From NCBI GenBank assembly GCA_951406725.2, contig OX597834.1, positions 2,108,001 through 2,172,000 of the forward strand: a stretch of 64,000 bases of DNA, read 5' to 3'. Position 1 is the stretch's first letter. Each line of letters begins with the position of its first letter. Origin of the DNA: Octopus vulgaris (taxonomy: Eukaryota). Made by a program: the position numbers and the translations under genes. Under the pieces are notes generated by a model, which had not been told where the DNA came from, ran no database searches, and worked only from the letters and a program-made list of their open reading frames with translations. Shown here one piece after another: positions 37,585-50,415 of the stretch.

Positions 37585-38109
37585 TTGTCCCCCCCCTCTA
37601 ATGTGTGTGTGTAAGGAATATGTTTACTGTGTTATTTTTCCTTCTTTTCTTCTTGTCTGTAAGAAAAGAAAACAGCTATTCTAGAATTATTGATGATGGT
37701 GGTGTGTATGTGTGTGTGTGTCTGTAAATGTATATATAGACATATATATATATTTGTGTGTGTGTATGCATACAATCATACGTACATATGCATACATATA
37801 TATCTATATACATATGCATACACACATACGTATATGAATGTAGGTATTCATGCATGGATTGTATGTGCTCTTTTTCTTCTTCATTGCCAATAAAGAAACT
37901 TGATTAATTAAAAAATTTTCTTGCTGGCTACATTGTACATGGGCACCAGCTTATATAATGTACGCCTATATACATACACACATATTTATATATGTATACG
38001 TATCATGATATGTATACATTATAAATAGAAAAGCACGCTTGCGCATACATACACACACACCCATATTTTTGTCATTCATTCAGGTGGGGGTGGGGGTACA
38101 CACAGTCTC

Positions 38110-38332
38110 TAATTCTTTAGTATTCAGATTACTCTGTCAAATGGGATGCTTTTTATATTCACATTGTCTTGAATTAATCCTGCATTATCTCGTCGCTTTG
38201 AGATTTCAGTGATGTGATTGTTTATTTTTAGAATGACATTGTTGGATAGGTGTGAAAGGCCTGATCTGGTCAGTTTGGACTTACAAAAAAGGTTGAATAT
38301 TTGGGCCAGATATGATTGGTTTAAATGCTAAT

Positions 38333-38335
<3 letters not shown>
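38110..38335. mobile_element. MITE family F copy
   Basis: CTTTAGTATTCAGATTACTCTGTC...GGTTTAAATGCTAATGGG. Confidence 0.8.
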
Positions 38336-38373
<38 letters not shown>

Positions 38374-38624
38374 CAAAAATAAGAACATATGATTATATAT
38401 ATACATACACTGTAATTCCTCAACTATCGTGGGTGTTACGATTCCACCCCCACCACTGTGATAGGTGAAAGTCCACGAAGTAGAAACACTACTGTGCTGT
38501 ATATTTTTTATTATTATTTTTATAATTTCTATATATTTATTTTATTCTTAATGCAAAACAACACAACGGAGGAATCGACGTAAGCTGGAATGATAAGCCA
38601 GGATATGGAGAGGGATTACTGTAT

Positions 38625-39030
38625 GTGGCATTTGCCGTCTGTGGTGTAGAAACTAGAACAACATGCAGAGCAATGGAGAAAGAGATAGATGCCTGTGAGA
38701 TGTGGGTCTTTTGTAGATTGGACAGAATCAGATGGGAAGACAGGGCAGCAAAAGCTGTGGTACTAGGAAAGCTGAAAAAATCCAAAGACATCTATTGTTA
38801 TGAATCAAATCCACAAAATTGTCATATTTTGGAGGTACAATGGAACAAGATTCATTATTCAACACCACCATGACAGGATGTGTGGAGATGAAGAGAATAA
38901 AAGAGAATAAAAAGGCCATAAAAAGAGTTTGTGGACTAATGGCATCAAAGATTGGACTGGAAACAAAGAGCCTGGATGATTGTTTGAATGCAGCACAATA
39001 GAGAGGAACTGGGTGAGGTTTTTGGCAAAG
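38625..39030 (+). pseudogene. RTE-clade LINE 3' fragment
   Basis: CGVETRT..EKEIDACEMWVFCRLDRIRWEDR / KLSYFGGTMEQDSL..MTGCVEMKR / LWTNGIKDWTG matches the RTE post-RT pattern YG.ETW..IDAFEMW..R...I.W.DR..KL.YFGH..W...IK.WTG. Confidence 0.85.
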
Positions 39031-39059
39031 TGGTCTCCTGGGTTCAGGGATTGCATGTC

Positions 39060-39419
39060 ACTGATGTGTGTGTTGGTACTCACAGAGGGGATGAGTAGGG
39101 ACCAAGACTGCTGGGGGTTTGCTGTGCTTGAAGAGTCACATCAAGCTAAGTAAAAGCAGGGCTTCCTTTGCACACAGGCTCATCCCTTGCAACCCTCTTC
39201 ACTAATCTTGTGGGCTCATAAGTGCTGGGGCCACATAAAAATCACCCAGCACATTCTGTAAAGTGGCTGGTGTTAGAAAGGGGCAACCAGCTGTAGAACT
39301 CATGCCAAAACGGACAACTGGAGCCTGAACAGCCCTTCAGCTGGTCAGCTCCTATCAAACCGTCCAACCCATGCCAGCATGGAAAACAGATGTTAAATGA
39401 TGATGATGATGATGATGAT
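39060..39419 (+). mobile_element. SINE family D with (ATG)n tail
   Basis: CTGTAAAGTGGCTGGTGTTAGAAAGGGG..CCAACCCATGCCAGCATGGAAAACAGATGTTAAATGATGATG. Confidence 0.8.
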
Positions 39420-39906
39420 TTATATTTGTATGTGTACACACACACACACACACACACATTGTTTTCTTAATGACTATGAACACTAAGTGTTAAAATGAAA
39501 ATGAATGCATGAATTAAAAAATAATTATTGATGCGAAATCAGTTGACAGTGACTTCTAAGTTCCCCAAAGAAGGTTTATCAAACAAGCCTTTTGATAAGC
39601 CTTCCACAGTGAAACTTTGAAGTCAGTGAAATCTTTTAAAATAAACGTGTGTGCATTTGTGTGGGCAATCCCAAGATTAATCAACCGAAATTGCGAGGAT
39701 GATCTGGTTCTTGACTGAAGATAAAAGGCTTTGAATGACCCGTCCTTGTTTTTTTGTATCATCTATCTGGATGTTTTGTTGTCCCTTTTTGCATCACCTA
39801 GTTGTCTGGATGTTTTGCGTTCTTGTCCCATTTTGTATTTTATTTTATATATATGTATATAGCAGCGTACGTACACTTTGTTCTCTTATATGTAAGTACA
39901 CATTTC

Positions 39907-39942
<36 letters not shown>

Positions 39943-40531
39943 CATATATATATAACTAAATTATAATCTTATTCTAAAGATTGAAGATATCATTCAGACA
40001 GGAAAGGATTCAGTATCATAGAATGTATCTTGTTTACCTCTCTAATTGCAAGTGCACATACATATGTACGTACGTATGTATGTGTGTTTGCATGCATAAA
40101 TGTGTGTGCACACAGAATTAGAGCTGTAAACAAGATACACCAGTGAAATAGGTGGGGATATATTTAACAAGAAGGACAAATGAGAGAGAGAGTGAATGAA
40201 ATGTTGTATGATGTGTTTATGCATGTGTGTGTATATCTATGTATTTATATAGATATAGATGTGTGTGTGTGTGTATAGATAGATAGTGGTATAGAGTAAA
40301 TGTACTTTGCTCTTTGATGTCTCTGATATTGTTGTTATTGTTTCGAATCTTAACCCCGCCCAACCCCCCTCCGAACCAGTTGGCATTTTCCTTCCCTCAC
40401 CATAAGATCTCTAGGATTGCAGCCAATTCTTCGATATACTTGGCAAATTGTCAACTATAAAGGATTAATATTTCCAATATCTTTTATTTCAGAATCATAT
40501 CTCAGTGTCTGCCTGCCTGTCTGTCTATTCA

Positions 40532-40571
<40 letters not shown>

Positions 40572-41544
40572 TTTCTTTCTGTATGTGTGTCTGTATGTCT
40601 ACCCACCTGCTGATGGGTGGTAGAACTTGTTTGTCTGAAGTTAATGGTTACTCAGGATGCTCAGAGAAGCCACTGAGTAATGGACGAATAGAGACACAAG
40701 GAACTGAGTCTTGTTGGAATGACTCATCGACTTTCAATTAAGATTCATCTATCACCATCATCATCATGGTCATCGATGCTATCGTCGTCATCATCACCAC
40801 CACCACCATCATTAATGTTGTTACTTTATGTCTGCTTTTCCATGCTGGTAAGGGTTGGATGAGTTTGTCAGTGTTTTATAGTTAGAGCCCCTTCATATTG
40901 CCGACCCCTTTTTCTGTCTCTTATGTTACATAGAGCCATGGTGTACATACTGTGAAACAAAGATAGACATTGTGTGTGTGTGTGTGTGCATGTGTGTATA
41001 TGTGTATATGGGATATGACACATTCATCAATAACATGTACAGCAAGAGCGTGTGTGTGTGTGTGTGTGTGAATATATATCTTAAAAGATATTCATGAGAA
41101 AATATCAATGACTGTATTTAAAAAAAAAAAACATGTAAAAACAAAATTGCAGCAAAATAAAAGAAGAATACATATTTTATATTTTATATTGGAATGAGTC
41201 ACTGCATATCAGCATCCTGCTCTTCATTGCCATTGTCATCTTCATCACGATCATCATCATCATCGTCCTCATCCTTGTCGTTACCATTTTGTTTATAATC
41301 TGTTATGAGTGAGATGAAATTTTACTTCGGCAGATTTTCTACAGCTGGATGCTCGTCCGGTCACCAACCTTGTTTCTGATGTCAAATATTAGTCATTCCC
41401 CACTTTCTCTCATCACATGAACAATAAACTAAGGAACATTTGTTCACTGAAGAAACTAAGCAATCAATGTCTTTGGTTTTGGCGGCACTAATAAGGATGG
41501 CAGCGTGTTGGAGGGACATTTACATAGATTCGTTCCTCAGCGAC

Positions 41545-41860
41545 ACAAGTGTGACTGACACACCGTTGGTGTCCCAGTTGATCTGATCAACGGAACGGAA
41601 CTGTTCATGAAATTAATGTGCAAGTGGCTGAGTACTCCACAGACATGCATACCCTTAATGTAACTCTCAGGGAGATTCAATTTGACACAGAATGGGACGT
41701 GGCTGGCCCCGCTTTGAATTACTGGTACAACTCATTTTTGCCAGCTGAGTGGATTGGAGCAATGTGAAATAAAGGGTCTTGCTCAAGGACACAACTTGTA
41801 ACCCTTATGATTGTGAACTGTATGCTCTTACCACTAAGCAAAGCACCAAAGTCATATGCC
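41545..41860 (-). mobile_element. SINE family B, tail variant 1
   Basis: Reverse complement of the 33193-33500 body and tail. Confidence 0.85.
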
Positions 41861-42101
41861 TGTGCTCTGTGGAATTGCCAACCTGGGGCGTTGCTTCGGC
41901 ACTGTCCCCCTCCCCCCACACACACATTCCTACACATATGTATGGTAGGATTCTGTACAGTTTCCACGTCTGAAAGCTCCACTTACAACAGATTGGTAAA
42001 ATGATTTGGTGTAATCCAGAGTGGCTGAAGGCACTAAGAGAAATGGTGGGAGTGTCTGTGGGAAGAGTATAATATGAGAGGGGGGATAATGTGTGAGTGT
42101 G

Positions 42102-42140
<39 letters not shown>

Positions 42141-42345
42141 GGTAGTGCTTGAGTGAGAGGGACAGAGAGAGACTGGTGTATGTGGGAGATAGAAGTGGGC
42201 TCGATTAGTGAGAGAGAGAGAGAGTGAGAAATAAACTCATATACATAGAATAAGAGAGAAAGAAAGACATATTATATGATAGAAAGATAGATAGATACAA
42301 TCTATGATTGATTAAATTGATAGAAATACTATATAAGAAGCCATT

Positions 42346-42400
<55 letters not shown>

Positions 42401-42835
42401 GGCAAGAAAGTGGTAGAGTGATTGAGTGAGATAAATGTGTGGGAAGGCAGAACAATTGATGATGTCTGTGATAAGAAATAATTGATTGATTAATTAAATC
42501 TGGTTATTAATATTTGTAATTTCCTCTCTCTCCCTCTATTATAAGCAATGGTTGCTGTCTTCTGAACAAGGCCCCCCCTCCCTGCACTTATTGGCCACCC
42601 AACAACACTAACTACCCCCCTCCCCATCATTATAACATTCACTTTGCCATACTCGCATGGGTTGGGCATAATTTATTGAAGCAGGGATCTTATAGCTGGA
42701 TGCCCTTCCTGTAGCCAACACTTGCCCATTACTAAGTAAGGTAATATTTATCCATAGTCAGACAAGTTTATTCCAAAGATTGGAGATGAAGCAGTGGGGA
42801 TTATGTGTTTCTTTTGACTAATATATCATGTGTAT

Positions 42836-43228
42836 GTGAGGCATGGCTGTGTGGTAAGAAGTTTGCTTCCCAACCACATGGTTCCAGGTTCAGTCCCACT
42901 GCATGGCACATTGGGCAAGTGTCTTCTACTATAGCCTCTGGTTGACCAAAGCCTTGTGAGTGGATTTGGTAGATGGAAACTGAAAGAAGCCCATCATATA
43001 TGTGTGTATGGGGGGATATGTTTGTGTATCTGTGTTTGTCCCCTCACCATTGCTTGACAACTGATGTTGGTGTGTTTACATCCCCGTAACTTAGTGGTTC
43101 AGCAACAGGGACTGATAGAATAAGTACTAGATTTACCAAGAAACAGCTCTGGGGTTGATTTGTTCAATTAAAGGTGGTGTTCCAGCATGGCCACAGTCAA
43201 ATGACTGAAACAAGTGAAAGAATAAAAG

Positions 43229-43230
<2 letters not shown>
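42836..43230 (+). mobile_element. SINE family A, full length
   Basis: GGCTGTGTGGTAAGAAGTTTGC..GGTTCAGTCCCACTGC...GTCAAATGACTGAAACAAGTGAAAG. Confidence 0.92.
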
Positions 43231-43254
<24 letters not shown>

Positions 43255-43264
<10 letters not shown>

Positions 43265-43676
43265 GAGATTGTGAAGAGGGAGACCCAAGAAGACATGAGA
43301 TGAAGCATTGAAGGCCAATCTCAAAATGCTGAGCCTTTCGAAGAAGATGACAGAGGACTAAGATATGGGATGCATTGCTGTACTCAAGAAGACCCACCCA
43401 CCCGCCACAAGAGAACTGAGATCCTAAAACCAGGGTGCCATGCAAAAAGCATTGGTGTGAGTGATGGTGCCACATAAAAAGGACCAGTGTTGGTGCCACG
43501 TAAAGAGCACCCAGTACACTCAATAAAGTTGTTGGTGTTAGGAAGGGCTTCCAGTTATAGAAACCCAGCTAAAACAGACTATGGGACCTAGTGTGGCCCC
43601 TGGCCTTGCCAGTTCCTGTCAAGCCATCCAACTCATGCCAGCATGGAAAACAGATGTTAAATGTTGCTGATGATGA
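43255..43676 (+). mobile_element. SINE family D
   Basis: GTTGGTGTTAGGAAGGGCTTCCAG..CATGCCAGCATGGAAAACAGATGTTAAATG. Confidence 0.78.
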
Positions 43677-43711
43677 TATATATGTGTGTGTGTGTGTATA
43701 TAGATATATAT

Positions 43712-43853
43712 ATATGGTGGTGCCCCAGCGTGGACACAGCCTTAGGGCTGAAACATAAAAGAATATATATATATATATATATATAAAATATATGGTGGTG
43801 CCCCAGCGTGGACACAGACTTAGGGCTGAAACATAAAAGAATATATATATATA
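43712..43853 (+). repeat. Tandem duplication of a ~50-bp SINE-tail-like unit separated by (AT)n
   Basis: ATGGTGGTGCCCCAGCGTGGACACAG.CTTAGGGCTGAAACATAAAAGAATAT occurs twice. Confidence 0.9.
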
Positions 43854-44049
43854 TTGGTGAGAAACTCCACTCCAAAATGCTTTTTTAAGTGCTGTCTCTT
43901 GCTATATTTGTTCTGTCTCAAAACACAGACACTCCCTAGTCACTCTTGAATGAGATTTATAAGGAACCATTAAACAGTCCCCTGTTAATCTGTTGTTCAC
44001 AAACTACAATATAAAACAGAACAGGAATAGATCAATAAAGTCAGTGGCT

Positions 44050-44330
44050 ATCTTCATTGTGGCTTTTGTGTTTTGGGCTGTCCTTGGGTACATCTGAGCT
44101 TGTCTCTATCTTGAGGTACATCTGACCGTGATTAAACTTCTTGGTGCATTTGGCCACAACTAAATACAAGGGTACATATGATCAAATCTGACCTTCACTC
44201 CATCCCTGGGTACATCTGACTTCAACTAAATTCTTGTCTCTATCTAACCTCAATTAAATCCCTTGGCTTATCTGGCTTTGTCTAAATTCCTGGGTTCACT
44301 TGACCCCGACTCTGTCCTTGGGTAGGACTA
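44050..44330. repeat. Degenerate ~30-bp minisatellite
   Basis: Recurrent CCTTGGGTACATCTGACC..AACTAAAT, about 8-9 units. Confidence 0.75.
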
Positions 44331-45187
44331 ATAAAAGTGTCAGTTGCATTGAGCATGACCTAGATCTTATCTGGGTCACACCCAAGTGTTGTTGACCCAG
44401 ATTAAGATTATCCCTGGATGTGGTTCACCTACATCTGATCTTGGCATCTCCCCACCACCAGTCCTAACCCCAACCTCCACCCTAAACTAGCTGACCTTCA
44501 CCCCCCTCTCTCCACCCTCACTCTGCTGACTCTTTAAACTCTGAAGATTACAAAACAATCACGTAAAGTTAGTCATAAAGTTGGCTGAAGAATTTAATTT
44601 GGAATCTATTAACATGAATTTTGATGCAAGATAGTGCTTATAAATAACTACTGACTCTCCTTCACGACCACCACCACTGCTATGTTGCTATCTGTTTGTA
44701 GAGGTGGTCGGAATGGGTTGTGTATGTGTGTGTGATTTTTTTGTTTGTTTGTTTGGTGGGTTTGTTTGTTATTTGGCTGATAAGACAAAAAAAAAATGCT
44801 GAAATAGTTGACTGACAAAGATATTGGTGTTCCTTGGAGATGGCAGAAATTGGCACCATGACAACGCTTGTATGTCTCCTTCTCTAGCAGACATACTTAG
44901 TTACTGAGTTGATTGTTTATCTGGCATGTTTGAATGTGCAAGAAGGACACAATAGCCACCCTTATTTAAGTGTATTTATAAATACTTAGGTTAGCATGCT
45001 GATAAAGTTGGGTAGTTGGTTGAAATGAGGGTGTCACACCGAGAAACACTTGCCATCCAGTTAACCTCGACTCCTGCTGATTTCAGCAGAGGAATTAATG
45101 ATGGTTGATAGACTTGCTAGAAACAACAATCAAATCTCCCTCAAATTATATACTATCACTGATATATATATATGTGTGTGTGTGAAG

Positions 45188-45218
<31 letters not shown>

Positions 45219-45289
45219 CGGTGGTTGTCTACTCAGAGTTTGATCACCTCCTGTACTTACACCCAAGATCCATCATGGCATCTTATGTG

Positions 45290-45470
45290 GCCTTTTAAAC
45301 ATGTGCAACATGTGGTCAAGCATTGTCTTGCAAGAGAACTGACCTGTCTCTATTGACCAATCTCAGTTGTTTAATTGCAGGTTCACTCATCATTTCATCC
45401 AATCGGTTGATGTATAACATCCGCTGTAACTGACTTCCTAGATGTCATGAAGCTGTAATGGATGTGTAAA
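45290..45470 (-). pseudogene. Mariner transposase fragment
   Basis: Minus strand IHYSFMTSRKSVTADV/INRLDEMMSEPAIKQLRLVNRDRSVLLQDNA*PHVA, the catalytic-domain DNARPH motif with a stop codon. Confidence 0.85.
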
Positions 45471-45634
45471 CATTCACTGAAGCTCTACATAGTGCCGATA
45501 GCTTACCAGCTGCTATTTCTAGCAATGGTCATGCATCATGTTCATCGACTTTGTATATTTATAATTCTACCGTTTATGGCACTTTATTCTTCCTGGACAG
45601 TAATATTATTCTTGATAATATCTATATTTCTTGT

Positions 45635-45674
<40 letters not shown>

Positions 45675-45675
<1 letters not shown>

Positions 45676-45815
45676 GTTTGTTTTAATGACATCATAAAAG
45701 CAATTTTACATTAAACTGAAGGGTTATGCAATAAGTTATGGTAGAGAACAAATTTCTTATTCTCTAACAAGACTAGTGTTGTCAGTGACTTTGGACCTTC
45801 ACGTAGCTAAGCCAT
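45675..45815 (+). repeat. Unclassified dispersed repeat (second copy at 52635-52785)
   Basis: Shared ATGTTTGTTTT..ATAAAAG..TTTTACATTAAACTGAAGGGTTA..CAAGA.TAGTGTTG..AGTGA..AAGCCAT. Confidence 0.7.
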
Positions 45816-46392
45816 CATCATCATCATGAGACTGACGATTGCTTTGCTGACCAAAACTTCAAAATCATTGTCAAAACCATCCTTGTTAAAGAATATATAT
45901 GTGGCAATGTGAACATGAATTGATTGCACATACACAGTGTATGTGTTCTGTTTATGCAGTGAATTTGCTGCAAGGTAACATCTGGGGAAGCTCCCTAACA
46001 CTTAGTCTTGTGTAAGGTGCTTTCCCAGACACTATTCTGCACCAAATTTCACTTATAAACTGTGTAGTCATAGATACGTTGCATTTGATCATAGGACCAT
46101 TCAATGGGGTCAATCTAAGCCTAATCAGCCACAACAACATCTAGGGCGCAAGGAGCAAGAATTGTTGTCTAGTCTATCTGTCTTTCCCTGGTTCTGTCAT
46201 TCTTCAGACATTTGGCATTCACTTAGCAAGTGTCTCAGAGTGAATCCTTCCAGCTTCTGTTCTCTATCAACACATCTTTGTCGTTCAGCAAGTTCAGTTT
46301 TTGTTTATCTTTAACATTTCCAGCTTTTTATTTTGGCAACAACAGAATTCACCACCATCTAGCAAAACCTGACTCAATATCGCTCTCCAAGG

Positions 46393-46393
46393 T

Positions 46394-46425
<32 letters not shown>

Positions 46426-46468
46426 CATATTTACATATACATATATACATACATACATACATACAAAC

Positions 46469-46501
<33 letters not shown>

Positions 46502-46604
46502 CATACATATATACATACATATATACATATATATATACACATACATACATATATACATACATATATACATACATACATATATACATATATATATACATAC
46601 ATAC

Positions 46605-46635
<31 letters not shown>

Positions 46636-46645
46636 CACATACATA
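46393..46645. repeat. (AT)/(ATAC) compound microsatellite
   Basis: Read directly from the sequence. Confidence 0.95.
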
Positions 46646-46767
46646 TCCGTATATACTATTGGTATCCATTACCTGTGTTATCCCCAGGCATTGGTGTGCA
46701 GGTACACCATACATGTGGAGTGCAGATAACAACAGGATAAACAAGAGTTTATGAGGAACCAATGCAA

Positions 46768-46963
46768 ATAATTAGAAAATGGAGAAAACCACAGACTAAC
46801 CAACACCATCGACTGGACCACATTTATAGCTTATTTTTCAATGCAAAGCATAACAAAATAACACCTTTTTTGTTATGTCATACTTTGTAGTAAAAAATAA
46901 GCTATAAATGTGGTCCAATCGATGTGTAGGTTAATCTGTGGTTTTCTCCATTTTCTTATTAAT
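46768..46963. repeat. ~195-bp palindrome
   Basis: AGAAAATGGAGAAAACCACAGA.TAACC..GGACCACATTTATAGCTTATTTTT is mirrored on the right arm. Confidence 0.88.
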
Positions 46964-46964
46964 G

Positions 46965-46998
<34 letters not shown>

Positions 46999-47004
46999 TA
47001 TATA

Positions 47005-47293
47005 TTATGTTAAAAATGGGGAAAGCCGGTTTATGGGATTACTTTAGGTTTACCGTCCAGAAAGGGTTTAGCTTTATGGCATATTGTCAGATCCCAAAAC
47101 CCTGTTGGCCCAAGACCTCTTCAAAATATGGAGGAGGAAACCAAATTTGGGATCTGACAATCCGCCATAAAGCTAAACCCTTTATGGACGGGAAATCTAG
47201 GGTAACCCCATAAACCGGCCTTCCCATTTTTAATATATACTTCTCTACATCTTAGAGTGGGCTTCTTCTTTTGGATTGATGCTTTTTACAAAC
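47005..47293 (+). mobile_element. Foldback hammerhead-like element plus 54-bp tail, copy 2
   Basis: Inverted relative to 32570-32860. The right arm reads TGGGAT-CTGACAA-T-CCGCCATAAAG-CTAAACC-CTTTATGGACGG-GAAA-TCTAGG-GTA-ACCCCA. Confidence 0.75.
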
Positions 47294-47301
47294 AATATAT
47301 T

Positions 47302-47335
<34 letters not shown>

Positions 47336-47809
47336 TACACACATATATATAAACACACACATACTCACATGTGGGTGTCTTTTAAGTTTAGAGATGCAAA
47401 GCTCAAAACTAAAGCCACCCCTGCCATCCACCCTGTTGGTGCCAGACAATCTATTTATTTCCCCATTAAACAACAACCTCCATTTAATCATTAACCTGCT
47501 TCTTTTTTTGTTTATTTCTTTTTATTTATAACTATTTTTCTTTTTTTTTTGTTTTTTAACTTTCTCCAGATTTTTGTTGACTTTTGGTTTCCAAGAATAA
47601 ATTGGACGAAAATAAAACAACAAAAAGGGGAAAATAATTAGCATTGAAAATTAAACAAAATAATAAAGACTATCCTTTCCAAAGAAGCCCACCACCCACA
47701 AAAACAATGAAATATTTATTGACACACCCAGTTAGTGGCCTATATTCGTTACCCCACAACCCTGGAAGGGGGACACGCTGATACCCTGCTTCCCTCTCTG
47801 TCTCTCCTC

Positions 47810-47845
<36 letters not shown>

Positions 47846-48029
47846 ATAGCCCTCTCTCCTTCTTTCTCTATATATCCCTCTCTCTACTTCTCGTTCTCTC
47901 TCCCCCTCTCTCATCCATCTCCCCCTTTAATGTCCCCCCCCACAGTCCACTCCAAAATATCGATTAACATTCTAATTACAAATATAACTCATTAAACTGT
48001 TTCCTTTTTACACACAACTAGTGGTTACT

Positions 48030-48715
48030 GTTAATCTGACTGAAGATCAAAGCCGCTCCATCCTTGACCACCCTATCTTATTCCAACAGTGTGTCCAGTA
48101 CAGCATTACCCAATGTGTGCTTAACATTTTTCTTAGATAGTACAGTGATATTTGAGAGAACTTTGGCTGCTATTTTTAACAAGTCAAGGAATAAGTGTTG
48201 TTGTTGTTGTTGGTGGTTTGAGGTAAAGGTATATGGCTGTTTGTGTTGTTATTGTTTAGCCTAAGGTCAGTACTAATCCTCCACACTTACAATTAAAGAC
48301 ATTCCAGCTGTGACCAACCTGTCTTTTTTCCCATTAACAGAGAATCCTCTTTGTAGGAAAAATGGGGCCCTTTCTAAGATGTTGCGTTGATTTGAAGGTG
48401 ATTTGGCTGTTATTTCTAGCACACCATGGGTCAACAGGCCATGTAGAGGCTTTTCCAAGAAGAGGTGGTAGTATGTAGTGGTGTGTTCCTCAACACTACC
48501 ACCTAAACCATCACTGCACCACCACTACCATTACTACCACCTCGACTTTCTAGAAATAGCAGCCAAATCTCCCTCAGATATATCCACGCTACACCATTCC
48601 AATTGTATTTTGGCAGTAATGTGGTTCTGAGTCCCCTGTACATAGGAAAATGAAGGGATGGTCGTGGATGGATCCTCATCTGCTTGATGAGGGTTGACTT
48701 GGGGTTATACTGCAA
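48030..48715. mobile_element. Family E copies in both orientations
   Basis: TTTGGCTGYTATTTYTA on + (twice) and CTAGAAATAGCAGCCAAATCTCCCTCA (inverse) at 48550. Confidence 0.7.
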
Positions 48716-49043
48716 CAACCATCTTTAAACCATCAACACCACCTCACCACCACCACCACCACCATCTTCACCAAATTATGACTCACACCTTATATTTTGC
48801 CTCCTGGATAACTGCTCCGTCAGCAAACTTGTCTGTGAAACAGGTGGGGGGGATGTTGGTGACAGTTTTTACTGAATGTGATGGTCATGTAGCCATTGAT
48901 GATGATGATGATGATGATGATGGTGAGGTAGACACTTTAGTCAAAACATCTGTGTACGCCTACATTCGCACAAAACTTTCTGGCACCCTCATAACAACTC
49001 TCACACACTTCATACGATTCAAAGAAACAAACCCACTTCTACG

Positions 49044-49095
<52 letters not shown>

Positions 49096-49271
49096 TTTTA
49101 TATAGTCTGTTTCTCCCATGTTCTCTCTATGTTGTGCACCTACAACAACAACAACAGCAGCAATGGTCTCTAATCTAGGCACAAGGGGAGTAATTTAGAT
49201 GGGAGGGGATTAATTGATACCATTGGCTCACCACTTTTAATAATAACAATAATAATAATAATAATAATGAT

Positions 49272-49487
49272 AACCCTTTCTACCATAGGCACAAGGCCTG
49301 AAATTTTGGGGGAGGGGACAAGTTGATTACACCAACTTACTACACAGCTGGTACTTAATTTATTGACCCCGAAAGGATGAAAGGCAAAGTCGACCTTGGT
49401 GGAATTTGAACTCAGAACGTAGTGATGGATGAAATGCAGTTAAGTATTTCACCCAGTGTGCTAATGACTCTGTAAGCTCACTGCCTT
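49272..49487 (-). mobile_element. SINE family C within (AAT)/(AAC)n
   Basis: GGCACAAGGCCTGAAATTTTGGGGGAGGGG..GACCCCGAAAGGATGAAAGGCAAAGTCGACC..GCTCACTGCC. Confidence 0.88.
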
Positions 49488-49891
49488 AATAACAACAACA
49501 ACAACAACAATAATAATAATTGTTTAAAGTTTCACTGATACTGGCTTCCTAAGTATTGGCAAAGCTTTGAAGTCACCGTCAGATTAGGTAAATTAAACAG
49601 GTTTCCAAAGATTTTTAATGTTTTTGAATTTTCATTGAGATGTAAAACTGCTGCAGAATCAGTGGCTGTGGAATATTGAGAATGTCTTTGAGTGGGTTTG
49701 AAACTGAAACAGAAAATTTGCTTCTTGTAGTTTTTGGCAGCCAGGAAAATGGTTGAAATTGCTGTCAGCTGAGAGTGGAAATAATTTATGCCAAATCTTT
49801 TATTATATGTCACATATAAACCCACAATTGCGTTGTAATCTAAGCCTATTCTCATTAACATTCCTCATTAAATCAGCTGAGAATGCCAATT

Positions 49892-49928
<37 letters not shown>

Positions 49929-50204
49929 TGATAATAATTCACCCTTTCCAAGTTGAGGCAGAACACAGTTTTTCTCATTGGAAACAAATAAAGCCACACC
50001 TCATCCAAAGTTATGAAATTGTAAAATAACTTTGCCCCAATGGCGCCCTCTTACACCAGAGTGTTATGAACAAATTGCACCATTCCTCCAGTATTCTTCC
50101 CCCAAAATATTTTTAAAAACTGGTGATAACTGAATGCAATGATTGAACAAGATCCACTGTTGGTAGATTGGTGGAATCAGCTTTGATTGGTCTCAATTTG
50201 GTGG

Positions 50205-50415
50205 CACACTGGCCGAATCCTTAGTGGACCAGGCAAAATGTTTAGTAGCACTTTATCGATCTTTACATTCTGAGTTCAAATTCTGCCCAGGTTAATTTTA
50301 TTTTTTATCTTTTTGAGGTCGATAAAATAAGTTCCAGTTGGAAACTGTGGTTGATGGAATTGATTCTCCACCCACTGTGAAATTGCTGGCCTTGAGCCAA
50401 AATTTGAAACTGGTA
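50205..50415 (+). mobile_element. SINE family C
   Basis: TTCTGAGTTCAAATTCTGCC..GAGGTCGATAAAATAAG..AAATTGCTGGCCTTG. Confidence 0.8.

Noticed and set aside
45251-45300. Perfect minus-strand donor GTAAGT suggesting an exon
   Set aside because: The upstream sequence is a mariner transposase fossil with stop codons.
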